A DNA stretch of 63,758 bases, filler included, from Asterionella formosa (taxonomy: Eukaryota), in NCBI GenBank assembly GCA_002256025.1. It is 11 parts of 11 records of this genome, joined end to end, with 100 filler letters (N's around TTAATTAATTAA, not from the genome) between each part and the next. Parts side by side here need not be neighbours in the genome. Positions count along the whole stretch, not along the records: positions 23,272 to 28,980 come from NKIB01012954.1; positions 29,081 to 34,783 come from NKIB01012955.1; positions 34,884 to 40,586 come from NKIB01012956.1; 8 more parts are not named here. The stretch is one strand, 5' to 3'. Position 1 is the stretch's first letter, and each line of letters begins with the position of its first letter. The translations under genes and the position numbers were made by a program. Below, one piece after another: positions 23,272 to 36,375 of the stretch. The notes beneath the pieces were generated by a model that was given only the letters and a program-made list of their open reading frames with translations, did not search any database and was not told the origin of the DNA.

Positions 23272-25388
23272 AAGCTGAAGATGCTTTCTTCGCCTGGTTC
23301 CTCCTTGTTTTCTCTTTTCCATTCATAGCCGGAACTTTTGGATCATTTATTGTGAACGAAAGACAGTCGAAGGCAAAACATCTGCAGACCGTTGCCGGCG
23401 TGAAGGGATCTGCGTATTGGCTCTCAAGTTATGCTTGGGACATCATGAACTACCAGATCCCAATGTGGTCTACTGTTATTCTCATGTTTGCATTTGGCGT
23501 TAGTACATTCACAACAACCACTCGTGGAGTGGTAGGAGGTGTCATTTTGACGCTTGTACTTTTTGGACCAGCATCAGCTGGATTTACATACTGTGTGTCG
23601 TTTGGGTTCTCTTCCCCATCAATGTGTAATTTGTTTGTCATTATCTTCAATTTCTTGATTGGTTTGGCTGGTCCTTTGGTTGCATTTATTCTGCTACTAA
23701 TTGGCAATGATTCGAGTAACCCAAACCCATCCCTTGTCACAGCATCACGCGTTATCGAATGGATCCTCCGCTTTATCCCCGCTTTCAATCTTGGAAGTGG
23801 GTTGTTTAAATGCATCCAAATTGACTCCTATGAATTTTTAGCAAACCATCCAATCACAGTTTGGCATAAAAGTGTTATTTTGTGGGAAATCATCTTTCAG
23901 GCATTTTTATGCTTTTTTTACATTGCGCTTGCTATGCAAATTGATAAATGGTCATCCAATCCGCGTGCATTGAATAAGTGGCGGTCGTTCACCCGGTTTT
24001 TAACATGCCGCTGCTGCTGTGGGGGTGGAAGGCTTCAAATTGAGGAGATTCACGATGGCATCGCGGACGACACCGACGTAGTAAACGAGCAGGAACGTGT
24101 GCTTGCAGGAGAATCGAACTCAGATCTTATCGTTCTTAATCAACTGACGAAGCAATACGACACCGGAAAGCTTGCCGTCAATAACGTGTCCTTGGGAATT
24201 CCTCCTGGACAATGCTTCGGTCTCCTCGGGATTAATGGAGCTGGAAAGACTACCATAATGGGAATGCTCACTGCGGAGTTTCCACCTACCAAGGGTGACG
24301 CAACCTTGGCTGGTTTCAGTGTAACCAATGAACCGGAGAAGACTAGGCGTCGTATTGGTTACTGTCCTCAATTTGATGCACTTTTCACGAACATGACAGG
24401 GCGCGAGCATGTCACGCTGTATGCCGCGATCAAGGGGGTTCCACGTGCGATGGTTGCCGATGCTGTTAAGCTCAAGCTTACAGAAGTCGGATTAAATGAA
24501 TTTGATAGTGATCGTTTGAGCTCGGGATACAGTGGGGGAATGCGACGAAAGCTGAGTCTCGCCTGTGCCACAATCGGGCAGCCACAGATCGTCTTCCTCG
24601 ACGAGGTTTCCACGGGCATGGATCCTGTTGCGCGCAGGGATATGTGGGAAGTTATCAGTGAAATGGTAACAGGTGGTAATGTTCCTCCAGAAGAGCGCAC
24701 TTCAGTAATTCTTACCACACATTCAATGGCTGAGTGTGAAGCATTGTGTCCTCGTATTGGTATTATGGCCGCTGGTCGCTTGCGATGCCTTGGTTCAGCG
24801 CAACATTTGAAAACTCGATTCGGTCAGGGCTTCCAGGTGGAAATGAAACTGGAGGATGTTAGTGTAGAGCATGATGATTTCAAGTCGGTCATATTGCGAA
24901 TTGCGCAAAGTACCTGTGTTGTTTCAACTGATACTGAAGCAGCTCCGACTTACGAAAATATAGTCCTTGACCTCCAAAAGGTAAAAACCGCTTTAGAGAC
25001 TCTTACTGGTGATTCGTCGTTGTCGTGCAAGATCTCGTTGGAAGACCCCACCGGCTACGTTGTGTACCGAAATGCAGTATCTCCTGCAGGTGCTTCTTTG
25101 CATGAAGTTGCATTATTTGCTTCTGCAGAGCTGAGAATGATGAAGTTAGTGAAATTCTTTGAGAGCCGCTTCACTTCAGCCAGTCTCCGCGAGAGGCAAG
25201 ACAACAAGGTGAGGTACGAGGTTGGATCCGACGGTACTCGCATTTCTAATATCTTCGCGAAGATAGAAGAAAACAAAGTTGAACTTCGTTGTGCAGATTA
25301 CGGCGTTAGTCAGACCAGTCTCGAGCAGGTCTTTAACATGCATGCAGCCGAGGCTGAGAAGCTCAAGTATGGAGGAGATGATCATTGA
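23272..25388 (+). CDS. ABCA: ABCA-subfamily ABC transporter, C-terminal half (5' truncated at contig edge)
   Basis: ER..KAKHLQ, TM segments, Walker A GINGAGKTT, GYCPQFDAL, signature YSGGMRRKLS, LDEVSTGMDP, LTTHSM.ECEALC and SQTSLEQVF. Confidence 0.93.
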
Positions 25389-26104
25389 ACTTCTGATGCT
25401 CATTCTTTTATGCATCAGTGATTTTTATGTCAAATGCATTACCACTACAAANNNNNNNNNNNNNNNNNNNNNNNNNNNNNNNNNNNNNNNNNNNNNNNNN
25501 NNNNNNNNNNNNNNNNNNNNNNNNNNNNNNNNNNNNNNNNNNNNNNNNNNNNNNNNNNNNNNNNNNNNNNNNNNNNNNNNNNNNNNNNNNNNNNNNNNNN
25601 NNNNNNNNNNNNNNNNNNNNNNNNNNNNNNNNNNNNNNNNNNNNNNNNNNNNNNNNNNNNNNNNNNNNNNNNNNNNNNNNNNNNNNNNNNNNNNNNNNNN
25701 NNNNNNNNNNNNNNNNNNNNNNNNNNNNNNNNNNNNNNNNNNNNNNNNNNNNNNNNNNNNNNNNNNNNNNNNNNNNNNNNNNNNNNNNNNNNNNNNNNNN
25801 NNNNNNNNNNNNNNNNNNNNNNNNNNNNNNNNNNNNNNNNNNNNNNNNNNNNNNNNNNNNNNNNNNNNNNNNNNNNNNNNNNNNNNNNNNNNNNNNNNNN
25901 NNNNNNNNNNNNNNNNNNNNNNNNNNNNNNNNNNNNNNNNNNNNNNNNNNNNNNNNNNNNNNNNNNNNNNNNNNNNNNNNNNNNNNNNNNNNNNNNNNNN
26001 NNNNNNNNNNNNNNAATGTGTTGTTGGAACAACAGATTTAAGCATTGCCTTCTAATGTCGATGACACAATTGTCCTCATACAGGATCGAGTGCGCTGAAA
26101 CCAG

Positions 26105-27496
26105 CTAAAAGGCAGAAGATTTGGCAAGGATGGGGTCAAGAATATTCTCAGCAACGAGAGCGGAAAGAGGCACCCCCCAACGAATTCCCTTGATCGTGAT
26201 TTGCATGTTCACAGCAGCCACGACCCTGTTCGAGCATTTTCTACAATGGTCATTTTTAGAATGGCTCTCGACGGCAAGTAATACTCTGGGACGCTTATTC
26301 TTCTGAGCAATTTGTATCATATCGCGGTCGGTAACAAGCGGCGATGTCACGTTTTGCTCCAAGGAACGGACCGATCGCGACAACCGGCAAATTCTAGCGG
26401 CTCGCTGTTGTAAACGAAACTGGGACATGGCCTGAGGTCGCACCAAAAGTAGCGTAATATTGTTGTTGTGACAGGGCATCTTCTTGGTACCTGCAATGAG
26501 AGCACGCAAAGAAGGGGAGGCCGCATTGTCAATCTGATCCCATAGGAGTTTCCGGTTTTTGTTGTTCCGATGCTCTGCTGTCAGTTGCACTAGCTCCTCC
26601 TCGATGTCGTTCAAGTCTTGCTCATCCGCGTTGCTCGTCGCATTGTGCATTGATGTTGAAGTGCTGTTCTCAGATAGTTTCTTAGTACTGTTATCAACTA
26701 GCCGCCCCTTGAGAATTCCGTAATTGGATTCTGGCACAACAAGAGCAGGCATGCCGATTGGTCCTTGAACAACGTGAGTTGGAACCCTGGAAACACCTGA
26801 TTTTTTGATAATTACTCGAATCCGCTCAATTGTTCCATCATAACTCATCCGCTCCAATTCCCTCTGTACTGGTGAAGATTCGTTTGAGACACACCCAGGT
26901 CCTTGTTGTTCTGTAGCGACTGCGTTTTGTATGGGCTCTGCGAGACTTGTTTCCCACCAGGGATTTTCCATTTCATCGACGTCCAATGGAGAAGGACTTG
27001 TCGAGCTTTTGTCAGTCAATAGCGGAGTGGAAATGGGAAACAGTGCATCGTCCTTTTCAAAAGCCTGGCCTATCTCAGAATGCGCAATCGTTTCTGTATT
27101 GCTGATGTCCATAGCCTCCAATGCAAATACGTGAACGATGGCGTCCCTTGAATGTGCCGTTTCTTTACGGTGGGCGCTGTTTGAATTGAAGCCAAAACTC
27201 GTTTCAAGAATAGGACAGTCCTCCAAACTGAGAGAGGTGCAAGTATCGAGTGAAGGGAGTTCTGATTCGAGTCTTCTCCATGGGGAGGGTGATACAGGAG
27301 AGCCCGCGCAGAACAAATGCTGAGTCTTGCTTGGTGACAGAGTGTGCTCTCCGCTGGACGATGACTTGGCTCGCAAAAAAGGATGGCTATTCGATGTGCT
27401 CACTCTTAATGAAGTAACACGGTTGATCTTGACTGCATCGCTTGAGTTAGGGGCTGAATAGGACAGCCGACCACGTCGAGAAGGCGTTGTCATCAT
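26105..27496 (-). CDS. Hypothetical protein (Ser-rich disordered N-terminus, possibly folded C-terminus)
   Basis: Uninterrupted ~460-aa ORF with first ATG at 27496. No family recognised. Confidence 0.55.
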   Translation of the reverse strand: MMTTPSRRGRLSYSAPNSSDAVKINRVTSLRVSTSNSHPFLRAKSSSSGEHTLSPSKTQHLFCAGSPVSPSPWRRLESELPSLDTCTSLSLEDCPILETSFGFNSNSAHRKETAHSRDAIVHVFALEAMDISNTETIAHSEIGQAFEKDDALFPISTPLLTDKSSTSPSPLDVDEMENPWWETSLAEPIQNAVATEQQGPGCVSNESSPVQRELERMSYDGTIERIRVIIKKSGVSRVPTHVVQGPIGMPALVVPESNYGILKGRLVDNSTKKLSENSTSTSMHNATSNADEQDLNDIEEELVQLTAEHRNNKNRKLLWDQIDNAASPSLRALIAGTKKMPCHNNNITLLLVRPQAMSQFRLQQRAARICRLSRSVRSLEQNVTSPLVTDRDMIQIAQKNKRPRVLLAVESHSKNDHCRKCSNRVVAAVNMQITIKGIRWGVPLSALVAENILDPILAKSSAF

Positions 27497-27966
27497 GGCT
27501 CCAGGATGCTCAAGAAGGATTGCGCTACTTGCCAAGGATAGTGCGATTGAGACTGAATGTCGGGACGTGATTATTCTTCTGATCGTAAAGTTGGGTGCTT
27601 CGTGTCGGTTAGAAGTTCCGAGTGAAAGGCGAAAGACAATTCAGTTGTAAAACATATGAAGTATACTTGCACAAGGAAAAAATATTTGGCTGAGGAGCAA
27701 AAAATGATAAAAGATTTATTGGCGGCATCGCACATCATCATCCCATCGTGACCTATATTTTTAAATAAAAGCGACCACGCGGCGGGCATCATCACGGGAG
27801 GATGTATCGTATGACTGGCATGATTCAATTCCTTGCGTCATTCGAAGTCGAATGATCGAGTCACAGAGATATCCGGTATACGGTTTATGAACCATGCAGA
27901 AAAAATCATCCGCCACGTATCACGTATCATCGGCAATATGAGCCGGAGCAAAATAAAATGGCATGG

Positions 27967-28980
27967 TTAATATTTGGTAGCGGAAACATTTTTCCTTTTT
28001 TCATTTGAAATGGGTGACTCTCTCATGGTGACGCTAATGCGTCGATCCGAGAGTAAATCAGTGCAAGCGATCCCATGTGAATACTCGTATCTGGCTTTGC
28101 CTGTCAAAACTTGCAGGGTTCGACGTTCAAGCAAAACGGGCAGTGACTCCTTTTTGCCCTTATCAGCAGACCCTTTTTCATTTCGAAACACCATGTAACA
28201 ATCACCAACTAAACTCAAATTGGCAATTGGTTCTCGGGAAAGTGATCGGTCGTCCACGTGATGTGTCAGGTAGTGTCCTAATTTGCGACGATAGTCAATG
28301 GCATTGGCTTCATTAGGAATCATGCCTTTCATGGCGACAAGGCGACGGAATCTCGGAACGAGAAGATCAGTAACAAAACTGGGTAGTATATGGGTGGCAG
28401 CGCCGACACGCCGATCTCTTAAATTGCAATGCACACCCCATCGTTTCCCGAAATGCGGACCGTTGAAGTCCCCATGCTTCCACGGGTTTGTGGAGGCATT
28501 GTCGAGGTGGGCAACAATAACTGCCTCCTCTTGTTCGCTGATAAATTCTTTGAATAAGAAAAGTCCAGACAGTGGTTCGGATGTGGGATATATTGGATCT
28601 TTGATTTCAAACGGTTTTTGGGATGGTATTTTCCACCAAGCGCGATGTGGCTGCAAAGTACTGCTCGCCTCCCTCGTGCCAGCGACGAAATTTGTCATAT
28701 TTTCTTTTCCCACAGGTTCAACGACAGATGCATAAGCATTGCATGCATCTAATTCTGATATCTTCGCATCACCTTTATTCAGTTCTGCGCATTTGCCAAC
28801 ATGCTTATCGAAAATACTAGTCCCTTGACAAGTCTCGGCATGAACGAACAAAACATGCATTGGAAAGCATTCATTGCAAAGCGGACAATTTCCGAATCGA
28901 CTCGAGTTGTCTTGATGATTAGTTCGCGTTCTCTTAGAACCTTTCTTCGTGGATCCAAAAAAGGAAGGTAAGTGCTGTTG
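27967..28980 (-). CDS. AlkB-family 2OG-Fe(II) dioxygenase with N-terminal UBZ4/Rad18-like zinc finger (start lost at contig edge)
   Basis: GLFLFKEFISEQEE, NEANAIDY, HxD (HHVDDR), YSHGI and RRISVTMR. The frame continues upstream to the linker and encodes CPLCNECFPMHVLFVHAETC. Confidence 0.8.
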   Translation of the reverse strand, partial: QQHLPSFFGSTKKGSKRTRTNHQDNSSRFGNCPLCNECFPMHVLFVHAETCQGTSIFDKHVGKCAELNKGDAKISELDACNAYASVVEPVGKENMTNFVAGTREASSTLQPHRAWWKIPSQKPFEIKDPIYPTSEPLSGLFLFKEFISEQEEAVIVAHLDNASTNPWKHGDFNGPHFGKRWGVHCNLRDRRVGAATHILPSFVTDLLVPRFRRLVAMKGMIPNEANAIDYRRKLGHYLTHHVDDRSLSREPIANLSLVGDCYMVFRNEKGSADKGKKESLPVLLERRTLQVLTGKARYEYSHGIACTDLLSDRRISVTMRESPISNEKRKNVSATKY

Positions 28981-29280
28981 NNNNNNNNNNNNNNNNNNNN
29001 NNNNNNNNNNNNNNNNNNNNNNNNTTAATTAATTAANNNNNNNNNNNNNNNNNNNNNNNNNNNNNNNNNNNNNNNNNNNNCAATCACATCACTTATATGA
29101 TTATTCGACCAGAATTATGGCAAGCACGAAATATTTCTGGATCATGAGAAGAGCAACAACATCAAGGTCAGCATTGCCTGAGCCTGTAGCATTCAGCGTC
29201 TTAATTGGGCCACAACAATCTCGCAACTTCGACTGTTGAAATAAATCACAGGCCAAGGATGTCCCCATCGCAAGTGTCAT

Positions 29281-32200
29281 TGTCTGTATATAAAAAGTAT
29301 CATGCATATAGGAGCAAGGGTATCGTACGCTAAGTGGCACAGGATTTTCGTATATATGATAATTTTTGGATCAAAAATATGATCAAGGTATCTTGTATCT
29401 ATGATGATTTATTAATATGTTACCAACCTTGAAGTATAATGATAATAGGAGCATTATCATCACACAATGTATATAAACTGATCAACAACATTTCTCGTCA
29501 ATGTCATAAACCTTCTCATATTATTTTCACTTCTCGTGATCGCCCGATGTAAATTATAACTACAATGCATCCTAACATCAGCTAATTTATATGCTATCAT
29601 GTGAATTATTTCATGGTAAATCTATCGTAAACATGATCATAATTCTAATCACAAGGATTGTTCAAAACGGATTGGAATGGATCATAATTTAATTAACAAA
29701 TTTAACAATGATATTTCTGTTTCAACAGCTACCCGGGGAATGTTTCTCTCCTCTCCACTTGTCTCAATGTATATTGTTCCTGTCTCGCCCTTTTCTTCCT
29801 CTTTTCTGAATCTTGTGCCAAGCAATGCCTTACTAATGTTGCGTCTCTCTCCCTGCTGTTAGTGTCATTCTGAACTCGCCGACTTTTCCGTTGTTTGCTC
29901 GGTTTTATTGTCCTATGCAGTAACAGTAACAATGGTGAGAAGGAACGATTTGTTAGCTAGTCATGTTACATTGACACAACGACACACAATTCCACCGTAT
30001 CCTCCTGCTTCACTTACCACAAATCAATGCAACTGATGCATAAGTCTATTACAGTAAATTGTCAGTAAATTCATGAATAAGTAAGTTTCGGGTATCCAAT
30101 GTTGTCAAATAAAACTTACCAGTTCATTTTTGTCAGCTTAACTTTGAGAGAAGGTAAATGTTTTGTCAGTTTTGTTCCAACAGAAGTGAATAGGTCCAAC
30201 GAGCGACAAGAGCACTTACGCAATTTGGTTTTGTTTTACATTGGTGCTCCCCAACAAGCGAAACAAGCTGTTGAGCGAATCAACTGAGAAAAAAGGAAAT
30301 GTGCGTTTATTTAACAATTTGTTGTTGTCCTGCCTCCCAACGATTGTCATCCAAGTACCACATTGTTGATGGCTTCATTACCTTAAAGATGCTCCATCCT
30401 TCAAATGTGCAATGTGTCGAAGCCACAATGATTTTCGTTATGTATTGCATAAACTTTCTTTTCTTGTCATGTGCTTTACTATGACCTATCTTTTCATGAA
30501 GCAGCAGGCATTGTTTGTTAACATGACAGAACGATTTCAAAAATATATATGCCATACATATAAATATTAAGTGTTATACATTAATAAAATTCAAAGGCGC
30601 TCTCGATATGGAACATGTGATATGGTTGGGATGATCATACTCGCATAAACATAATTCGAAAATACTCAATGCACTATATGTCCATTGTTTTACCACGACT
30701 ACGTGTACCGGAATTGTTTCTGAAATTTTTTTGCATCGATATTTTCTACGTCCGTTGAAACTAATTATTTAGAACGTTCAATTGCCGCAAGGGTTTTGGT
30801 AGCAAATTGTTTAAGCCCCTTTTTCGGGCGGGAGCTCTTCATGTGTACCGATACATCATATGACAATAACATTATATCATATCATAGTTTTAGGATTGTA
30901 TAATCGTAAAACTAAAAACCAATAGAACACCATATGTTCAGGACTGTTGCTACTGCAGTGGGATAGTAAATCATCATAGTTTTAGGATTGTATGATCGTG
31001 AAACTGAAAAGTGGTAGTCGGAGTAATAAGCAAGCAATAGAACACCATATGTCTATGACTGCTGCTACTGCAGCGGGACAGTAAATGAATTTAAGATCAT
31101 CGAACTTTAAGAAAGACAACGACAACAGTTATCAAGTAGTACAATGTCTTCAAGAAACCATCAAGAGGTTCATAGAAACAAGCGAGATGTGGCAAATGCT
31201 GCCGGTATGGAACAAAGAAGCAAGTTCCAAAATGAGTTTACAAAGAAAAAGCGAATAGGCGATTATCCAAAGCAACCCAATCGGCGATTGGTGGGAGACG
31301 TTGGGGGTAATACCCCATCGTCGATGGGGACACAATCAGCTACTAGTACAAAGGATCCCGTAATTGATACTGACAGCGATGATGACATTTCTTTTTCAGT
31401 TGTTGATACAAGAAAAATGGCTCCTGTCGATGATGCCATTAATAACTCCCGGATGCAGATGGACAACATGGTACCATATCATCAATTTTCTAATTGCACG
31501 GACCAACAAGTACATGACAAACTGAGGGAAAAACATTTTGTACTTGCCAAAGGATATTATCAATTGGTCAATGAACTCAATCACTACAAAGGTCGTAATT
31601 CGGTTCAAAACTCGCTTATCCATATGAGGTTATCAAGATTCTTCAATTTCAGCAGCCTTATCAGAACGTTGTTCCTGCTTGCCGCTTAGCTAAAATTGAA
31701 CCATCAATTGTCATAATGGCTGTGAGTTTTATTTTCAAGACCAAGAAGTTTTGCTGTGAACATGTAAGTTTGATGTTATAGTTTGTGAATTGCAGATACT
31801 GTAAAACAGAATATCAATCTAATGTGCTTTTTTTTGGTCCCAAAAGAGAATCAAACATCCCGCCCTATCTGGTCCAAGTATTATGAAAGGCATTTCCAAT
31901 CACAAACAGGATTGGTTTGCCGAATGTTGCCTAACTTGGCTATACACAGTGAAACCGGAGTTAGGCAAAGAAGTGGAGAGTGACCCAGAGCTTGCCGATT
32001 TCATTTGGATTGGTTCTGATGCACTACTTCCAATGAATCAGACCATTGAACGTACCAACAATGCACGTTTGGATTACATCAAATCAACATTTGGTGGCAT
32101 GTGGCCTGCATTAAAAAGTTGAGAGAATGTCAGAATGTATTGAATAATCAATATAAAGGAATCTTAGGTAAGTTCTTGCAGGGAGATGCTCCGAAAGCAT

Positions 32201-32445
32201 GATGTTTTGAGTCGGGGATTATATTCTTATCAAATATGTTTCAATTTAAAAATGCTAAAATAATTCATGACACACCAGCTGGTCTAACAGAATATAACTT
32301 CCAGACTATGGATATTGATGACTTTATTAGGTGGGCGTTGACGCTTTATCGTTTTGCGCAGTCAAAGGACATGTCATTGACAGGGGAAGCCATGGATACC
32401 AAGTCTGGCGTGATGTTCTTGCTCCGGTGTATTTTATAGGCAGGA
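29281..32445 (+). repeat. Dispersed repeat, copy 1 (probable piece of a large DNA transposon) containing a decayed spliced gene from ATG 31144
   Basis: Colinear similarity to 37771-40043, read directly (e.g. taaaaagtatcatgcatatagg ... ccggtgtattttataggcagga). Confidence 0.8.
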
Positions 32446-33901
32446 TGAAGTTCATGAATTATATAATGGATCATAGAGGTAATTGTTTCAAGGTCCCAAT
32501 ATGCAAGATCTTTAAAATCTGAAGATGATTTTTTGATACCTTTGACTCCTTAAAATACAGAGGCGTGATTGCATATATCTTGCGGGGTACGAGTGTACAA
32601 CTCTTTCCACAATTTTAGTTGTCCATGCGATTTCGGCAAACTCAAGGAAAATGCCGTTTGCTTTGGCATAATAACTCTACACATTTCACATGCCGACTTT
32701 TCACAAAAGTAGGCTAGCTGCCTTCTGGATTATTTTTCAATGATTTTACAAAGAAATTATTTTTCTTCCATGTATGATTTGGAAAAAGATTCAATTTTGT
32801 GTTTCTGACTTCGTTCCCTATTCAGAGCATCAACTGCCTTAGCCAGCATCACATCTCTGTCTGCATTGATCTTCTTGAATTCGAGGTCTTGATCTAGCTC
32901 AGACTTTTTCTTGAATATCGGTTCTTTTAGAAATGCAATAGATTCTCTGCTTTCATTATTTTTCTGGAGTATTATGAATCTGTTCAAATTCATTTGATCT
33001 TTGAGTGTATTCAAAGGAATCTTAAATTGATTTCATAACTTTCTTCATCTTCTTTTCCAAAAACATAAAGTCGTGTAGTGTAAACAATGGAAGTAAGTCT
33101 CGTTTCTTGTTTGACTGATCCTTTCCATGAAATCCGTGAAATGCCATTTGGAAAGTTGTCAAAGGGCCAGAAGACAATGATGTAAAACAGTGGAAGGGAA
33201 ACGCGGAGCTTTTCGCGAAGCTTTTGCGGCGCTTGTGGAGGTGGAACTGGTGTGATGGTAACCGAGTGTAGTAATTGTTGAACAGAGCACAGTGTAATAT
33301 GCATGTTCCGCCAGCGTAGTGTTTACACAATACACATGCCGGCATATATATAGCTAAAACAACGAAAGATGACACAACAATGAACGTGATTGCTGGTTGT
33401 TGAGGATACCGGTATGTGATATGCATCAATCCATGTCACAAATCATATTATAGTGATGTCCATATCAACGCATCCGTATACTTAGATCCTATCCACTGTA
33501 TCATACTATCATTTTAACTGTTGACTTTAACTGTATACATTAAAAAGCGAATTACTATATTAAGTAACATGATCATATTTTGATCAAAATTATATCATAT
33601 ACATTTTAAATAATCATTGCTGCATCATAGCCATGGTGTGATGTAATTTATTCATTATTACATATCATACTTTGGTGATGTATGCATCGATGTAACCCTA
33701 TCATGATATCACATTGTTATCATCTTATCAATCATGATGAGATGATTGGGAAGCAACTGTATTATGCATCGTGCTACGGCGGGGGGGGGGGGGGGTTTTT
33801 TTTATTTTTTACGATTTTNNNNNNNNNNCCCCGCGTGCTACAGTGTATATTATTATATCACGCAATTTAGTAGCTAACAAGTCACTCCGCCTGTAATGTA
33901 C

Positions 33902-34365
33902 AAAAGTCGACAGTGCACATACCCACACGCTACCGGTAATCAGGTTTGAGGAAACGGACAGTGGTTCCAACGAGCGAATAATGATACCATGAGTACCAAT
34001 TTTTCCAGCGAAAAAACTCGTCTCTCTATTGATGAGGATGACACAGACACCGACTTTTCCAGGAGCAAATAACAATGAAGAGACCCACGAGACCCACTTG
34101 TCGCTCTATTGATGGTAACAAAGATGCGGACAAGTTCAACAGTGAATACAAGAACAACATACCATTGAAAACAAGTTGACAGTGTGTGCACGCACACGCC
34201 AAGCAGGTTTGAGGCAACGGACAATTCCAACAAGCAAATGACGATACAGATATCAAATTCTTCCTACGAGCAAACAACTATGAAAAGAGCCACTTGCTTT
34301 CGCTCTCTTGATGGTATCAAAGATGCGGACAAGATCAATAGTTAATTCAAGTACAGTATACCAAA
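33902..34365 (+). repeat. Imperfect tandem duplication (~270 + ~190 bp)
   Basis: caggtttgagg.aacggaca, gagcaaa.aac.atgaa and gatggta.caaagatgcggacaag.tcaa each occur twice in the same order. Confidence 0.7.
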
Positions 34366-36375
34366 TGCAGAAACGAGCGAGCGATATGAAAATGAAACAC
34401 ATTCTAATCAGAATCATTCTATAACTAGGCTATAGCTATGTGGACAGTAGTCTGTTACGCACATTTTCGTATCTCCTTCTATGCTGAATCTCAATAGTAG
34501 ATGTAGTATCATGTGAGAATTGAAAATGTCAACGAGAACAAGTAGAATGTGTTTGTTTACGGGTTGATTGGCGAGATTGTCATGCTGAAGTGGACGAAAC
34601 GGATATACTTTGTGCGCTGTGTGCGGAAACATTACGAGTTCGAATGGTTTCTTCTCTCCTTTAAACTCTTAATTGAATGATTATGAACAAAGGTTCACTG
34701 CACATGACGATTACTCGAAGATATAAAGATCACTTGACCAACAAATTGAAGACGTTATCGCAAACATTCATTCCGCTTGTCATNNNNNNNNNNNNNNNNN
34801 NNNNNNNNNNNNNNNNNNNNNNNNNNNTTAATTAATTAANNNNNNNNNNNNNNNNNNNNNNNNNNNNNNNNNNNNNNNNNNNNATTGAGTAAGGCTATTG
34901 ACAATATCCAGGCATCCAAATCAGATCCAGAAACTAGGACAGTACTTAAACCAAACATGGAATCCAGGAGAGGAACCTAGAACACAAACAACAGATAACA
35001 CCCAGGTTACAGACCTGTGTATGCAAAAAGCGGTATCTTAACACCAGGAACTGATCATAGATGACCAAATTTTTCTTTACCAAACTTCTACACGAGGGAG
35101 TGACCACCACCATCCAACCTCCACTGCCCAAACTTTTCAGGGCCATGGAGCTCAATGAATACAATCCTGTAGCGAGGCTAGTACTATTGTGTTATAAAAA
35201 TTATTTACTAATAGTTTTCTATCTACAGAAAATCAAGCATACTTAGCACTCAGTACATACCAGGTAATAGGGGATACATTTGCTTTTGAAACTGCTGGCA
35301 TATTATCATCCTCATACCGGTGCATGAAGTGACATCATCAAGGTGCTGATATGTACCAGGGTAACTCCAGGTAGAGGGTTTGAATGATTTCGATAAGGAG
35401 TAATCCACCTGTTACTCCATACCAGGTATTGGTACCAGTATACCATGTGATGAGCAATAGTCATATTGCCTGTGGATGTTTAATGCCTGATCAGAGCACA
35501 AACTTGATACAACAAAATGGTAGTCACACGTGCTTTTCAGAATGTACACAAACTTCGCAAAAAAAACGCAAAACTTCACAGTAGAATGCGCGACTAGAAT
35601 TTTCCAAGATATTTGAAAAAAAGCAAGGTCTGTGCACAATACACAAGGAATTTTCCATGCAGCAATTGTACGGAATTTCCCACACTTCCCTGTACAGTAC
35701 CAGCTAGATTAAGTTGAAACAAACAAGTCAAATGAGTCTTGTTCATGACTCCAAATTAGCCTAGTCATGACCTTTTTGTGTCTAGTCAGGAACATGAATC
35801 AATCTTTACTCAGATATGAATCAATCTTTGAGTCTTGTCATGATCATGAGTTGATAAAGGGAGAAAATTTTTTTTATAGTACGTTAAAACTAAACTAATA
35901 ATTGCACTTGTGCCTGGAGAGACACGGGGATATTGATGAGTCTTAAGGGGGCCAATATTGCACCCAAGGATGACGTTCCTTCCACAATTCACATTGTGGG
36001 CATACTTTTGTAGTACAACTTTTGTCATTGATTTCTGTTACATGACTGTAATTACTGCTGTCTTGTGGTGTCCTTTCATTGCTTGCAGGGTAAATGGTGA
36101 ACATTTGTTGTGTGGTGGAATCACTAGTAGGTTTTTTGTATTTATCATTATTTCTGGCATTGTTGTTGTAGTTTGTAGAGGTATCTATGTCTTTCTTTGT
36201 GTCACTTTCAATATTTGATAGATCTTGAGAACTGTAATTTTTTCTTACTCTTGTAATTTCGTTGTATGCTGAGTTATCAGTGAGCTCTTGTGTAGCAGAA
36301 TTGGTAGTAGGTTTTCCGTTTTTATTGTTGTATCTGACATCAGCATTGCGGTTTATTAATATATCTATGTCTTTC

